Made by a program: the position numbers and the translations under genes
NCBI RefSeq assembly: GCF_042688385.1
Contig: NZ_JBHUPY010000007.1
Span: 130,110-194,109, forward strand
Reading direction: 5' to 3'
Source: Herpetosiphon sp. NSE202
GTDB taxonomy: Bacteria > Chloroflexota > Chloroflexia > Chloroflexales > Herpetosiphonaceae
Length of the DNA stretch: 64,000 nt
The notes under the pieces: generated by a model
Database searches by the model: none
What the model saw: the letters and a program-made list of their open reading frames with translations, nothing else
What the model was told of the DNA's origin: nothing
Shown: positions 28,045-37,553 of the stretch, piece after piece
Numbering within the stretch: the first letter of the stretch is position 1
Layout: each line of letters opens with the position of its first letter

Positions 28045-30102
28045 CTAGCGCAACGCAAAGAAGCCAAGCACGATCACTACACCGATCACAAACATCAGTG
28101 CATACGAGCGTACATAGCCCGATTGGAACGTTCGCAAGCCGCGACCCGACAAGCCGACAAGCTCTGCCGTGCCATTAACGATGCCATCGATAATTTTGAC
28201 ATCGAAGAACTTACCAAAGAAGCTCGCCAAAGCCTTGTAGGGCTTGACTAAAACAGCGTTATACAAGGCATCAAAGCCCCATTTTTCCTCAAGGATGGCG
28301 TAGAAATCGCCGCCCCAGTGGTGCAACAGGTCGCGTTGGTTGGGCTTGATGCGCTTGTTTTTAGCTGCCCATTGATACAGGTAGAAGCCCGCTGCAAAGG
28401 CAAGCAAGCCTAAGATCGTCACAATTGCGGCGATATTAAGGTGGAACTTGGCAGCTTCTTCTTCGACAATTGGCTCAAGCCATGTGGTCAGAAAGTGAAA
28501 ATCTTTGCCAGGCAGGTTGATCAAACCACTTGCCAGAGTCAAGATCGCCAAGCCGAACAACGGGGCAGTCATCCAACGGCTGCTCTCGTGCGCGTGAATG
28601 TGTTGATCGCGTTGTTCGCCAAAGAAGACCATTGAGATTTGGCGACCCATGTAGAACGAGGTTAACACCGCGCCCACAATCAACAATATGCCAACCGTGC
28701 GATGATCGTGATCAAAGGCATGGCCGATAATTTCGTCTTTCGACCAAAAACCTGAAACCAACGGGAAGCCAATCAAGCCCATCGTTCCGACGATATACGT
28801 CCAGAAGGTAACAGGCATTTTCTTACGCAGCCCGCCCATTTTGCGCATATCTTGTTCGTTGCCAAAGCCGTGAATCACTGAGCCTGAGCCAAGGAACAAG
28901 AGCGCCTTGAAAATCCCGTGGGTCAGCAGGTGGAACATCGCGGCAACGTATGCTCCCATCCCGACCGCCGCCACCATAAAGCCCAATTGCGAAACAGTCG
29001 AGAAGGCCAGCACCTTCTTGATGTCGTATTGACCGAGCGCAATCGAAGCCGCTACCAACGCCGTTGCAACCCCAATAAAGGTTACCGTGGTTTGGACTGA
29101 TGGTGCTAATTCAAAGATTGGGTGGGTGCGGATCATCAAATACACGCCAGCAGTAACCATGGTCGCGGCGTGAATCAAAGCTGAAACTGGGGTCGGGCCA
29201 GCCATTGCATCAGGCAACCAAACAAACAGCGGAATTTGCGCCGATTTACCGGTTACGCCAAGCAACAGCATAAAGGCAATCGCCCCAGCCGCCGTGTATT
29301 GCGTGCCCATAAAGAAGGTGCTGTATTGTTGCAGCGAGAAGACCGTGCCTTGATCCAAGACTTCACGGAAGATTAATGAATGCAAGAAGGTGCCATCGGG
29401 CTTGCGCGCCAAGGCATAAATTGCAAACATTGCCATCAACAAGCCAAAGTCGCCAACCCGGTTGGTCACAAAGGCTTTGACCGAAGCCCATGGTGGGTCG
29501 CGTTGCTCAAACCAGAAGCCAATCAGCAAGAACGAACACAAGCCCACGCCTTCCCAACCCAAGAACAGCATCACAAAGTTGTTGCCCATCACGAGCATCA
29601 ACATTGCCACAATAAACAGGTTGAGGTAGACGAAGAAACGGGTTGGGCGTTCGTCGTGGCTCATATAGCCAATCGCATAGAGGTGAATCAACGTCCCTAC
29701 GCCAGTGACCAAGAGCATCATCGTAACTGAAAGTTGGTCGATCAAAAAGCCGAAGGGGATTTTCAAATCGCCAAAGGCCATCCATTTCCAATAGGTTACA
29801 TCAAACCAACGATTATTTTCGCCCAACGTGGTTGGGGCAGGCATGCCCAGCAACTCAACGAGGGTTACGAGGGTCAGCACAAAGCCCAAGCCAACCATCA
29901 GGCTCGCAATCAAGCCAGAGCGTTTTGAGGTTGGGTTATCGCCGTGGCCGTGGTGCGCGTCAGCGTGGCCATGCCCGTGATTATGCCCGTGGTCGTGGTG
30001 AGCGTTGGCACGGCTACGCCGCAAATCGTTCAACCCCAACAGGGTATTGATCACGACACCGAGCAGTGGCAGCAACGGCACAAGCCAAATTAATTCCGCC
30101 AT
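28045..30102 (-). CDS. nuoL: NADH-quinone oxidoreductase subunit L (with His-rich N-terminal loop)
   Basis: NuoL/ND5 family with the long C-terminal amphipathic helix region. Start moved to ATG 30102 (MAELIWLVPLLPLLG, RBS GGAGA). His-rich insert NAHHDHGHNHGHGHADAHHGHGD after TM1. Confidence 0.85.
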   Translation of the reverse strand: MAELIWLVPLLPLLGVVINTLLGLNDLRRSRANAHHDHGHNHGHGHADAHHGHGDNPTSKRSGLIASLMVGLGFVLTLVTLVELLGMPAPTTLGENNRWFDVTYWKWMAFGDLKIPFGFLIDQLSVTMMLLVTGVGTLIHLYAIGYMSHDERPTRFFVYLNLFIVAMLMLVMGNNFVMLFLGWEGVGLCSFLLIGFWFEQRDPPWASVKAFVTNRVGDFGLLMAMFAIYALARKPDGTFLHSLIFREVLDQGTVFSLQQYSTFFMGTQYTAAGAIAFMLLLGVTGKSAQIPLFVWLPDAMAGPTPVSALIHAATMVTAGVYLMIRTHPIFELAPSVQTTVTFIGVATALVAASIALGQYDIKKVLAFSTVSQLGFMVAAVGMGAYVAAMFHLLTHGIFKALLFLGSGSVIHGFGNEQDMRKMGGLRKKMPVTFWTYIVGTMGLIGFPLVSGFWSKDEIIGHAFDHDHRTVGILLIVGAVLTSFYMGRQISMVFFGEQRDQHIHAHESSRWMTAPLFGLAILTLASGLINLPGKDFHFLTTWLEPIVEEEAAKFHLNIAAIVTILGLLAFAAGFYLYQWAAKNKRIKPNQRDLLHHWGGDFYAILEEKWGFDALYNAVLVKPYKALASFFGKFFDVKIIDGIVNGTAELVGLSGRGLRTFQSGYVRSYALMFVIGVVIVLGFFALR

Positions 30103-30144
30103 AAGTTCTCCAGTAGACACTTCGGCAAGGTGCAAGGCCGTTGC

Positions 30145-30447
30145 CTAGCCCTTGAGCGTATTCACATCATCGATGTTGGTGGTCTTTTTGGCACGGAAAA
30201 TCGACACCAACAGCGCCAAACCAACTGCGACTTCTGCCGCAGCGACTGCAATCACAAAAAATGTCATAATTTGGCCATCGCTCTCAGCACGCGCGCGGCT
30301 AAAAGCAATTAACGCCAAATTGGCTGAATTGAGCATCAACTCAACCGACATAAACATGATGATCACATTGCGGCGCACCAAGACCCCAACAACCCCAATC
30401 GTAAATAGAATTGCACTCAGCAACACATAAGCATTGGTTGAAATCAC
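30145..30447 (-). CDS. nuoK: NADH-quinone oxidoreductase subunit K
   Basis: 100 aa, 3 TM, ND4L family. Overlaps nuoJ by 4 nt. Confidence 0.85.
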   Translation of the reverse strand: MISTNAYVLLSAILFTIGVVGVLVRRNVIIMFMSVELMLNSANLALIAFSRARAESDGQIMTFFVIAVAAAEVAVGLALLVSIFRAKKTTNIDDVNTLKG

Positions 30448-30974
30448 GATTGGCGCTCCTCGCGGGCAACCACCCGCCGACGGGTCAGCACAACTGTCCC
30501 GACTACTGCAATCAAGAGCAGAATAGAAATGACTTCAAAGGGCAAGAGGTAGGTGCTGAACAATTTGGCGCTGATCGTGGTTGGTGCGCCAATATTGGTC
30601 GCATCGGCCACTGGCGCGTCGATCAGCTTGGTGCCACGATAGGCCACATAGCCAATCTCGGCCAATAATGCCACCCCAAGGATGAGGCCAGCGGGCTTTT
30701 GCCAACCAATCTTCTCCTCGCCAAGCTCAGCATTTTCAGCGCCCAAGAGCATGATCACGAACAGGAACAGCACCATAATCGCGCCAGCATAAACCGTCAC
30801 TTGAACTGCACCGAGAAACGGCGCGCGCAGCAAAAAATATAAAATGGCGACCGAGCAGAAATTCAAAATCAAAAACAGCGCACTATGCACTGCATTGCTG
30901 CTCAGCACCATTGCCAAGGCTGCCCCCACCGCCACAATGGCCGTGGTGATAAACAAAAATGTTTCCATGGACAC
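30444..30974 (-). CDS. nuoJ: NADH-quinone oxidoreductase subunit J
   Basis: 176 aa, 5 TM, ND6 family. Position between nuoI and nuoK. Confidence 0.8.
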   Translation of the reverse strand: MSMETFLFITTAIVAVGAALAMVLSSNAVHSALFLILNFCSVAILYFLLRAPFLGAVQVTVYAGAIMVLFLFVIMLLGAENAELGEEKIGWQKPAGLILGVALLAEIGYVAYRGTKLIDAPVADATNIGAPTTISAKLFSTYLLPFEVISILLLIAVVGTVVLTRRRVVAREERQS

Positions 30975-31060
30975 TCCCGAAACAAGGCAGAAGGCAAAAG
31001 TCAGAAGTCAAAATACTCAGTTTCTATTTTTTGCCTTCTGCATTTTGCATTTTGCCTTTA
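30975..31060. repeat. Repeat element (imperfect inverted GTCAAAA/GCAAAAT modules) inside the nuo operon between nuoI and nuoJ
   Basis: aaggcagaaggcaaaagtcagaagtcaaaa ... ttttgccttctgcattttgcattttgcctt. The two halves are near reverse complements, giving a long imperfect hairpin in the nuoI-nuoJ spacer. Confidence 0.75.
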
Positions 31061-31552
31061 CTACAGGTCTATTTGGGCCGGTGGGTTAAGTTGTTTGCCA
31101 GTTTGTTGCAAGACTGGTGGCACTTCGCCGTGGCCTTTATCGACCGGCACCAACAACATCTCTTGGGTATAGATCGAGGCACGGCGATCGTAGAAGGCTA
31201 ATTCATATTGGTGCTCAAGCACAATTGCGTTGGTTGGGCATGCATCTTCGCAATAGCCACAAAAAATACAACGCAACATATTAATTTCATACACCGCCGC
31301 ATGGCGCTCGCCTGCAGAGCGTGGCTTAGCCGGATCGTTCTGGCCAGGCACAACATAAATTGCATCAGCAGGACAAGCTGCCGCACACAGCGAACACCCA
31401 ATACACCGCTCTAAACCATTAGCAAAACGCTTCAGTTCATGCCGCCCCCGGAAGCGCTCGCGGACAGGCCGTTTGACCTCAGGATATTCAACGGTCACAG
31501 GCTTTTTGAAGAGATATTTCGCCGTGGTTTTGAGACCCTTAAAATAGGCCAT
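31061..31552 (-). CDS. nuoI: NADH-quinone oxidoreductase subunit I (2x[4Fe-4S] ferredoxin)
   Basis: CIGCSLCAAACP and CIFCGYCEDACP motifs. Start moved to MAYFKGLK (31552). Confidence 0.85.
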   Translation of the reverse strand: MAYFKGLKTTAKYLFKKPVTVEYPEVKRPVRERFRGRHELKRFANGLERCIGCSLCAAACPADAIYVVPGQNDPAKPRSAGERHAAVYEINMLRCIFCGYCEDACPTNAIVLEHQYELAFYDRRASIYTQEMLLVPVDKGHGEVPPVLQQTGKQLNPPAQIDL

Positions 31553-31567
31553 CGTTCCTTTCAGCAT

Positions 31568-32159
31568 TGGCGATTCCTTTCTCGGTGCGTGACTCCCATG
31601 GCGTTCACGCCAAAACCGCCACTGTGCGTCAAGCGGCGGTGCAATGTTTTTCGAATCGGTGCCGTCGCGGGCGTGTTTATTTTATCACAATCTCTTGATA
31701 AGCCAAACAGGATGAGAAAAGGATGAAGGATGAATTATGCGGGAGTAAAAGAAGAACAAAGAGCATAGGGATTGGGGATCGGTTGTTAGGGATTGGGGAT
31801 TGGAGATTCAACTCTGCGTCTCTGCGTTAAATATCTGTTCGTTTAACGCAGAGGCGCAGAGAACCAAAGGATGAAATGCAAAAGGCAGAAAGCAAAAATT
31901 AAAAGGCAATAGCCTATAGCCTGTAGCTGTAATGGTTCATTGCGTTAACCATGGCCTGATCCCCTCACCCCCTAGCCCCCTCTCCCGCCCGCGAGGCGAG
32001 GGGGAATCACGAAACCCATGCTCCCCTCGCCCGCATTCAGTGGGAGCGGGGCTGGGGGTGAGGGCATGTTCTTGATTGCCAATCCAATGAACCATTACAT
32101 GTAGCCTGTAGCCTTTCATCACATCTTCGTGGCCCTTCGTGTCCTTCGTGGATCAAAAC
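31568..32159. repeat. Mosaic intergenic repeat cluster 4, with two long palindromes
   Basis: (GGGATTG)n about 31780-31810. Palindrome CTCTGCGTCTCTGCGTTAAA / TTTAACGCAGAGGCGCAGAG about 31813-31861. GGCAATAGCCTATAGCC modules. About 200-bp inverted repeat 31905-32115 centred on the G/C-rich module CCCTCACCCCCTAGCCCC...GGGAGCGGGGCTGGGGGTGAGGG (31961-32063). Ends with CTTCGTGGCCCTTCGTGTCCTTCGTGGATC 32120-32158. Confidence 0.85.
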
Positions 32160-33368
32160 CTAGCCAACAACTTCTTGCTCATTCCAGTCTTCAAACGGAT
32201 CATCGATATGCCAGAATTCGGCTGGTTGCTGCCATTCTTGATCTGTGAGTAAACAAGCATCCAATTGCTGTTGCAACCAAGCCTGATCAAAATCTTGGCC
32301 AATAAAGACTAATTCTTGGCGACGATCGCCAACGTGTGCATCCCACAAGGCCTCAATTTCAGCTCGTTCCTCGGCGGTTTCCGGCCACTCGCTTTGATCG
32401 CTATCGGCCCACCATTCGCCAGCAGGCTCGACGCGACAATTTTGGCCCGCCTGCGAGAGCAAGCCAGCAGTTGTTGGCTGCGAAATCACCCAAAAGAAAC
32501 CTTTGGCCCGAATCACGCCATGCCAATCGCTATTCACAAAGTCCCAAAAGCGTTGGGCCGAAAATGGTCGGCGTGCCCGATAAACCCAGCTGCGAATGCC
32601 ATATTCCTCAGTTTCGGGCGTGTGCTCACCACGCAATTCGGCCAGCCAGCCAGGCGCAGCACTCGCTTGATCAAAATCAAACAAGCCAGTATTGAGCATT
32701 GCGGCGAGCGGCACATTGCCATGAGTTGCATGCACAATTTTAGCCTGCGGATTAAGCGTACTCAGCAATTCGTGCAAGTGGGTTAGCTCTTCAGCACGAA
32801 TCAAATCGGTTTTGTTAATCACCAACACATTGCAAAACTCAATCTGATCGATTAACAGATCAACCAAGGTGCGTTCGTCAGCCTCATCAATTGCCAAATC
32901 GCGGTCGCGCAAATCGTGAGCAGCATTGAAATCGTGCAAAAAATTATGCGCATCAACTACCGTCACCAGCGTATCGAGCTTGGCAATTTCAGCCAAACTT
33001 ACGCCAGATTCATCCTCGAAAGTAAAGGTTTCGGCCACAGGCAAGGGTTCGGAGATGCCAGTTGATTCGATCAGCAGATAATCGAAACGCCCAGCGCGGG
33101 CCAATTTACCAACTTCAAGCAACAAATCTTCCCGCAACGTACAGCAAATACAGCCATTGCTGAGCTCGATCAATTGTTCTTCAACCCGATTGAGCGCCAG
33201 CTCGCCTTGGCCCACCAAGCGCGCATCGATATTCACTTCGCTCATATCATTCACGATCACGGCCACCCGCAGACCATCGCGATTGGCCAAAATATGATTT
33301 AATAAGGTGGTTTTTCCAGCACCGAGAAACCCTGAAAGCACAGTTACTGGAAGCGGCAACTTCGACAT
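32160..33368 (-). CDS. CobW/COG0523-family G3E GTPase (putative zinc metallochaperone)
   Basis: Walker [16 protein letters not shown], metal-binding CICCTLRED (CxCC), His/acidic-rich C-terminal domain. Start moved to ATG 33368 with RBS AGGA. Confidence 0.8.
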   Translation of the reverse strand: MSKLPLPVTVLSGFLGAGKTTLLNHILANRDGLRVAVIVNDMSEVNIDARLVGQGELALNRVEEQLIELSNGCICCTLREDLLLEVGKLARAGRFDYLLIESTGISEPLPVAETFTFEDESGVSLAEIAKLDTLVTVVDAHNFLHDFNAAHDLRDRDLAIDEADERTLVDLLIDQIEFCNVLVINKTDLIRAEELTHLHELLSTLNPQAKIVHATHGNVPLAAMLNTGLFDFDQASAAPGWLAELRGEHTPETEEYGIRSWVYRARRPFSAQRFWDFVNSDWHGVIRAKGFFWVISQPTTAGLLSQAGQNCRVEPAGEWWADSDQSEWPETAEERAEIEALWDAHVGDRRQELVFIGQDFDQAWLQQQLDACLLTDQEWQQPAEFWHIDDPFEDWNEQEVVG

Positions 33369-33508
33369 GGAGTATAATCCTTGTTTATTTATTGATACCA
33401 AGTATCATTATAATCGATTTTTGAATTCGTCAAGCAACATTTGACAAAACCGGCCAATTAGGCTATACTTCAGCACTGTTGAACGACGTTTGCGTTGTAA
33501 CAGCATAA

Positions 33509-33581
33509 TCCCTGATAGCTCAGTTGGTAGAGCAATTGACTGTTAATCAATGGGTCCTAGGTTCGAGTCCTAGTCAGGGAG
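33509..33581 (+). tRNA. tRNA-Asn (GTT)
   Basis: Cloverleaf is readable: acceptor tccctga/tcaggga, D-arm gctcagttggtagagc, anticodon loop ctGTTaa, T-arm ggttcgagtcc. Followed by CCA. Confidence 0.85.
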
Positions 33582-33604
33582 CCACTTCTTTTTACAAATG
33601 ATAA

Positions 33605-33677
33605 TCCCTGATAGCTCAGTTGGTAGAGCGGTTGACTGTTAATCAGCATGTCCTAGGTTCGAGTCCTAGTCAGGGAG
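33605..33677 (+). tRNA. tRNA-Asn (GTT), second tandem copy
   Basis: Near-identical to the first copy (differs in the anticodon stem and variable region). Anticodon loop ctGTTaa, followed by CCA. Confidence 0.85.
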
Positions 33678-33686
33678 CCAAAGCAT

Positions 33687-33725
33687 AAACGCCTAGCTGA
33701 AAACTCAGCTGGGCGTTTATCATTT
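33687..33725 (+). terminator. Rho-independent terminator after the tRNA-Asn pair
   Basis: AAACGCCTAGCTGA, loop aaac, then TCAGCTGGGCGTTT (14-bp stem, one G-U), followed by atcatttaaaaat. Confidence 0.6.
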
Positions 33726-33899
33726 AAAAATCCACGCTTGATCACGCAATAGCTTCGCCAAATTCATGCCCAACAATCAGCCATCTGACGATTGCGGTAC
33801 ACTATAACCCAGCATTATTCTCAATTATCACAGACTCTTGGGTTTCGCTGACGAGCATTTAATGGGTGAATCGTTGGCTCGAACTAGTGAAAGGATGCT

Positions 33900-34817
33900 A
33901 TGAAGCAGGCTGTTGGAGATTCAGCGGTTTCTTCGCCAAGCCATAACCCCGAACCAGCGGCCCGTCGCCAGCGCTGGTTTGGAATTACGGCCATGATTAT
34001 CTCGGCAATGGCCTTTGGTGGGCTGGGAGTATTTGCGCGATTAGCCTACGACGATGGCACTGAGCCGATTACGGTCTTATGTTTGCGATTCACTATCGCC
34101 GCAATTGTGATGCATGGCATTCTGCGCCTGCGCGGTGAACGGCTCCCACGGGGCAAGCTGCTAATTGGCTTAATCTTGTTGGGCGGGATTGGTTATGTAG
34201 GCCAGTCGCTGGCCTATTTTGTTGCGCTGACCATGGCATCGGCAGGATTGGTTGCGGTATTGCTCTACCTCTATCCTGGACTGGTTACGCTGCTCGCCGT
34301 GGTGTTCTTCAAGGAACGCTTGACTACGCGCAAGCTGATAGCTTTGGCGCTTGCCTTGGCGGGCACGGCGTTGGCAATCGGCCCGATCGGTGGCGGCAAG
34401 CCACTTGGCATCATGCTTGGCATCGCTGCAGCGGTGATCTACGCCATCTATATCACGGTGGGCAGCCAGATTACCGCCCGCGCTGGAGCTATTCCCGCAT
34501 CGACGGTCATTATGAGCGCAGCGGCGGTCGTGTATACAGGTATCATGCTGGCGCGCGGCCCAGTTTGGCCAGCAAGTATCAACGGCTGGCTGGCAATTGT
34601 CGGCATCGCGCTGGTTGCCACCGTGCTGGCAATTGTGATGTTCTTTGTTGGACTTGAACGGATTGGGCCAACCGCAGCCTCAACGATCTCTGCATTGGAG
34701 CCGTTGGTTTCGGTTGGCGCAGCGGTTGTTGTGCTCCACGAGCCAATTAGCATCTGGCAACTCGCTGGTGGCCTGCTGATTCTGACGGCGGTTGTGTTGT
34801 TGGCACGCAATTCGTAG
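33900..34817 (+). CDS. EamA/DMT-family transporter
   Basis: 305 aa, 10 predicted TM helices in a 5+5 arrangement typical of EamA. Confidence 0.75.
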   Translation: MKQAVGDSAVSSPSHNPEPAARRQRWFGITAMIISAMAFGGLGVFARLAYDDGTEPITVLCLRFTIAAIVMHGILRLRGERLPRGKLLIGLILLGGIGYVGQSLAYFVALTMASAGLVAVLLYLYPGLVTLLAVVFFKERLTTRKLIALALALAGTALAIGPIGGGKPLGIMLGIAAAVIYAIYITVGSQITARAGAIPASTVIMSAAAVVYTGIMLARGPVWPASINGWLAIVGIALVATVLAIVMFFVGLERIGPTAASTISALEPLVSVGAAVVVLHEPISIWQLAGGLLILTAVVLLARNS

Positions 34818-34872
34818 AAATATCTGCTGCCTAACTAAAGCCAAGCACCATTATTCGCGCTAGTTTAAACGC

Positions 34873-34911
34873 AGAGCGATCGATAGCGAACCATCGATCG
34901 CTCTCTTTATT
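34873..34911 (+). terminator. Rho-independent terminator downstream of the EamA transporter gene
   Basis: AGAGCGATCGAT, loop agcgaacc, then ATCGATCGCTCT (perfect 12-bp stem), followed by CTTTATT. Confidence 0.65.
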
Positions 34912-34963
34912 AATGCAGCATCATCTCAATGCTCCATCAATGTGTAGGCCAATTTGCTGCCCA

Positions 34964-36259
34964 CTATTCAGAGCGGCCTACAAATGGCAAATACAATTTC
35001 CAACTTAGCGGAGTTATAGTCGGCGATGTGATGGTGACGGTTGTTGTTGGAGTGCTGGTTGGCGTGGTGCTGGTTGGCGTGGTTGATGGTGGAGTGCTGG
35101 TTGGCGTAGTAGTGGTTGCCGTCACGCTCGGTGGAGTGGTTGCAGTTGGCGTGATGGTTAAGGTCGGCGTAATCGTGACAATTGGTGTGATGCTTACCGT
35201 TGGTGTTACGGTTGGGGTAATCGTTGCAGTTGGCGTAACCGTTGCGGTTGGAATGATGGTTGCCGTCGGCGTGACCGTTGCGGTTGGCGTAACCGTTGCA
35301 GTTGGAATAACGGTTGCCGTCGGTGTGATGGTTGCGGTTGGCGTAACCGTTGCCGTTGGAATGATGGTTGCGGTAGGCGTGACGGTTGCCGTTGGGGTAA
35401 TCGTTGCGGTTGGTGTGATGGTTGCTGTCGGGATGATCGTTGCGATTGGCGTGACGGTTGCTGTTGGCGCAGGAATGTCAGCAAACAAGATCATGTATAG
35501 GGCACTATTTGTCCCTATATTGCGCGCATCACCGGACAGAAAATTGAAGTCGGTTTGCCCATTGACATTGCGATAATAACCATAGTTTGGCGCACCTAAC
35601 GGTACCGAGCCAGCAGCAAAGGCTGGAGCACCTGCACCGCCACGAATTGCTGTAGTCAGGTTCGTCGTATCAACAAGGCCAGCACCGCTATCGCCACGAA
35701 TATTGATCGTAACACCATGGTCGCTGAGGCCAGTCAGAGTCAACGGGTTCGTCAACGGAATTGAAATATCGTAAAGTCCTCCCGCTACGAGGTTACCGCC
35801 GCCAAGATCAAAGCTGAGTAAACCACCAACAGGGTTTGTAAACACCTGCGTATTGGTAGCATTGAAACTATCCCAAAATTGAATTCGAACTTGGATGTTG
35901 GTATAGGTGGTTGCGGAGAGTGAAACCAGCCCAAACTGGAGTGCCGTAATATCGCTTGCTGTTGCCAGATTGAACGGTTGTCCCATATAGGTATGGGGTG
36001 CGTTTGCAAAATTAATAAAATCATCAGCCCCAGTGATTGTATCGAATACTGGGGTGATTACCTGCGGCAAACGAGCATTCGTCAGTAACGTGCCACTAGG
36101 CTTGAGTTGCCCCATTGATGTGTCGCGCGCAACTTCAGGCAAGCCCTGTGCTGGACGTGTAGCGCTGGTCGTCGTTGGCGAAACTGCCAAGCCGGCAAGC
36201 AGCGCTAACAAACAACCAACAGCACTCAAAATTCCCAACTGGCGATGGATTCGATTCAT
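34964..36259 (-). CDS. Secreted protein with N-terminal globular domain and C-terminal (TPTATI/V)n Pro/Thr repeat region
   Basis: Signal peptide MNRIHRQLGILSAVGCLLALLAGLAV. About 16 hexapeptide repeats TPTATVTPTATI..., then a Thr/Pro/Ser-rich tail. The + strand ORF 34929-35576 is an antisense artefact of the repeat. Confidence 0.55.
   Translation of the reverse strand: MNRIHRQLGILSAVGCLLALLAGLAVSPTTTSATRPAQGLPEVARDTSMGQLKPSGTLLTNARLPQVITPVFDTITGADDFINFANAPHTYMGQPFNLATASDITALQFGLVSLSATTYTNIQVRIQFWDSFNATNTQVFTNPVGGLLSFDLGGGNLVAGGLYDISIPLTNPLTLTGLSDHGVTINIRGDSGAGLVDTTNLTTAIRGGAGAPAFAAGSVPLGAPNYGYYRNVNGQTDFNFLSGDARNIGTNSALYMILFADIPAPTATVTPIATIIPTATITPTATITPTATVTPTATIIPTATVTPTATITPTATVIPTATVTPTATVTPTATIIPTATVTPTATITPTVTPTVSITPIVTITPTLTITPTATTPPSVTATTTTPTSTPPSTTPTSTTPTSTPTTTVTITSPTITPLSWKLYLPFVGRSE
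35040..35480. repeat. 18-bp period tandem repeat array (coding for PT repeats)
   Basis: Units like ggttgccgtcggcgtgac / ggttgcggttggcgtaac repeated about 20 times with point variation. Confidence 0.8.
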
Positions 36260-36416
36260 GGATACCTCCTATATCACATGGTACCTAGCTTCAGCAGAAG
36301 CCAGCTAGCTAACTAGCAATGATGAGACCACAGAATCAATAGGATATGCACAGCATAGACCATAAGCGCTTGCTAGGAGGCATCAATTCGAACTAATTGG
36401 GCTGCTCTCATTGAGA

Positions 36417-37466
36417 TTAAATTCGGCTATAACGCCATAGATGCACCGTACAACCAAGCAACGAGGCCGCTAAATAGCTACCACTTACATCCCATTCAAG
36501 GATGAATGGAATCATGACGGCTCTTCCGCCAACGTCCGCAACATCAGTTATAACCGTTGCGAGATGCTTGCCATGGCGATCCCAACATTGAATCTGATTA
36601 TTCCAGGCTGCGATCGCCAAGAAATCGCCACTTGGATGCCATGCGAAAGCCATTACTGTTGTGGCCAATTCAATGCTGATACTCTGACCATTTAAAGTGC
36701 GTATTTGGAGTTTGGTTTGATTGGCTTGGGCTAAAAGAGTCCCATCTGGCGACCAACCAAAACAGCGGCCATGTTCCCACTCCCGTTGATCACTGTCCAG
36801 TTCCCATTGATCAAGCATTTGGCCTGCGCGATCGATCAAAAACACTGTGAATTGGGTTCGAAGCGCAAACATTCGCGAACTGGGATGCCAAACAATTTCA
36901 AGCACTTGGCTGATTTGGTGATGGTTGATGCTAGTTTGCGCGATGAGTTGGCCATTACGTTGCCAAATACGCAACTCAATTGGGTTTACGCTAGGTTGAT
37001 TCCACGCAGCGACCAGATATTCGCCATCCACCGACCAAGCCAGATTATCCTTAAACGCTTCTGGGATTAGATTCTGACCCAAATCATGAAGTGTAGCACT
37101 CGCTAAATCCCATAATTGCCAAAAATTCTGTTTGGCGTTATAGCTGACTACTTGGGGATAGACTGGATTCCACGCCATGCGCGAGCCTGGTATTTGACGG
37201 ATCAAACGACCATGTGGATTCCATAATTGAATAACATTGGTTCGAACTGCCAGCAAAGTGCCATTCAGCACCCATTGGAGTTCCTCCACATAACTCTGGC
37301 AATTTAATTTGGTTTGCAATTGGCCATCAGCATTCCAAATTGTCACATCATAGCGTTTTTTGTAATCTAAGGTTGAGCCAGTTGCTAATAGCGCCTGATA
37401 GGGATGCCATGCGATTGGATTTGGCGTGTAGCCCCATTTGCCACATTGCCGATGGTAGTTAATCAT
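36417..37466 (-). CDS. WD40-like beta-propeller repeat protein
   Basis: Repeated W-x-P / WD-like blades (VWHPSSRMFAL, GWSPDGTLLAQ, FAWHPSGDFLAIAAWNNQIQCWD). Confidence 0.5.
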   Translation of the reverse strand: MINYHRQCGKWGYTPNPIAWHPYQALLATGSTLDYKKRYDVTIWNADGQLQTKLNCQSYVEELQWVLNGTLLAVRTNVIQLWNPHGRLIRQIPGSRMAWNPVYPQVVSYNAKQNFWQLWDLASATLHDLGQNLIPEAFKDNLAWSVDGEYLVAAWNQPSVNPIELRIWQRNGQLIAQTSINHHQISQVLEIVWHPSSRMFALRTQFTVFLIDRAGQMLDQWELDSDQREWEHGRCFGWSPDGTLLAQANQTKLQIRTLNGQSISIELATTVMAFAWHPSGDFLAIAAWNNQIQCWDRHGKHLATVITDVADVGGRAVMIPFILEWDVSGSYLAASLLGCTVHLWRYSRI

Positions 37467-37553
37467 TCTTGCGATCCTTAGGATTTGCAGCCTTGATTAT
37501 AATGTGAGGAAGATTGAGTAGTTGTAGCGCTGATTATAAGGCGAGGAAAATCA

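Noticed and set aside
34929-35576. 215-aa VGV-rich + strand ORF
   Set aside because: Antisense reading of the 18-bp PT-repeat array. The minus-strand gene has a signal peptide and a coherent domain structure.
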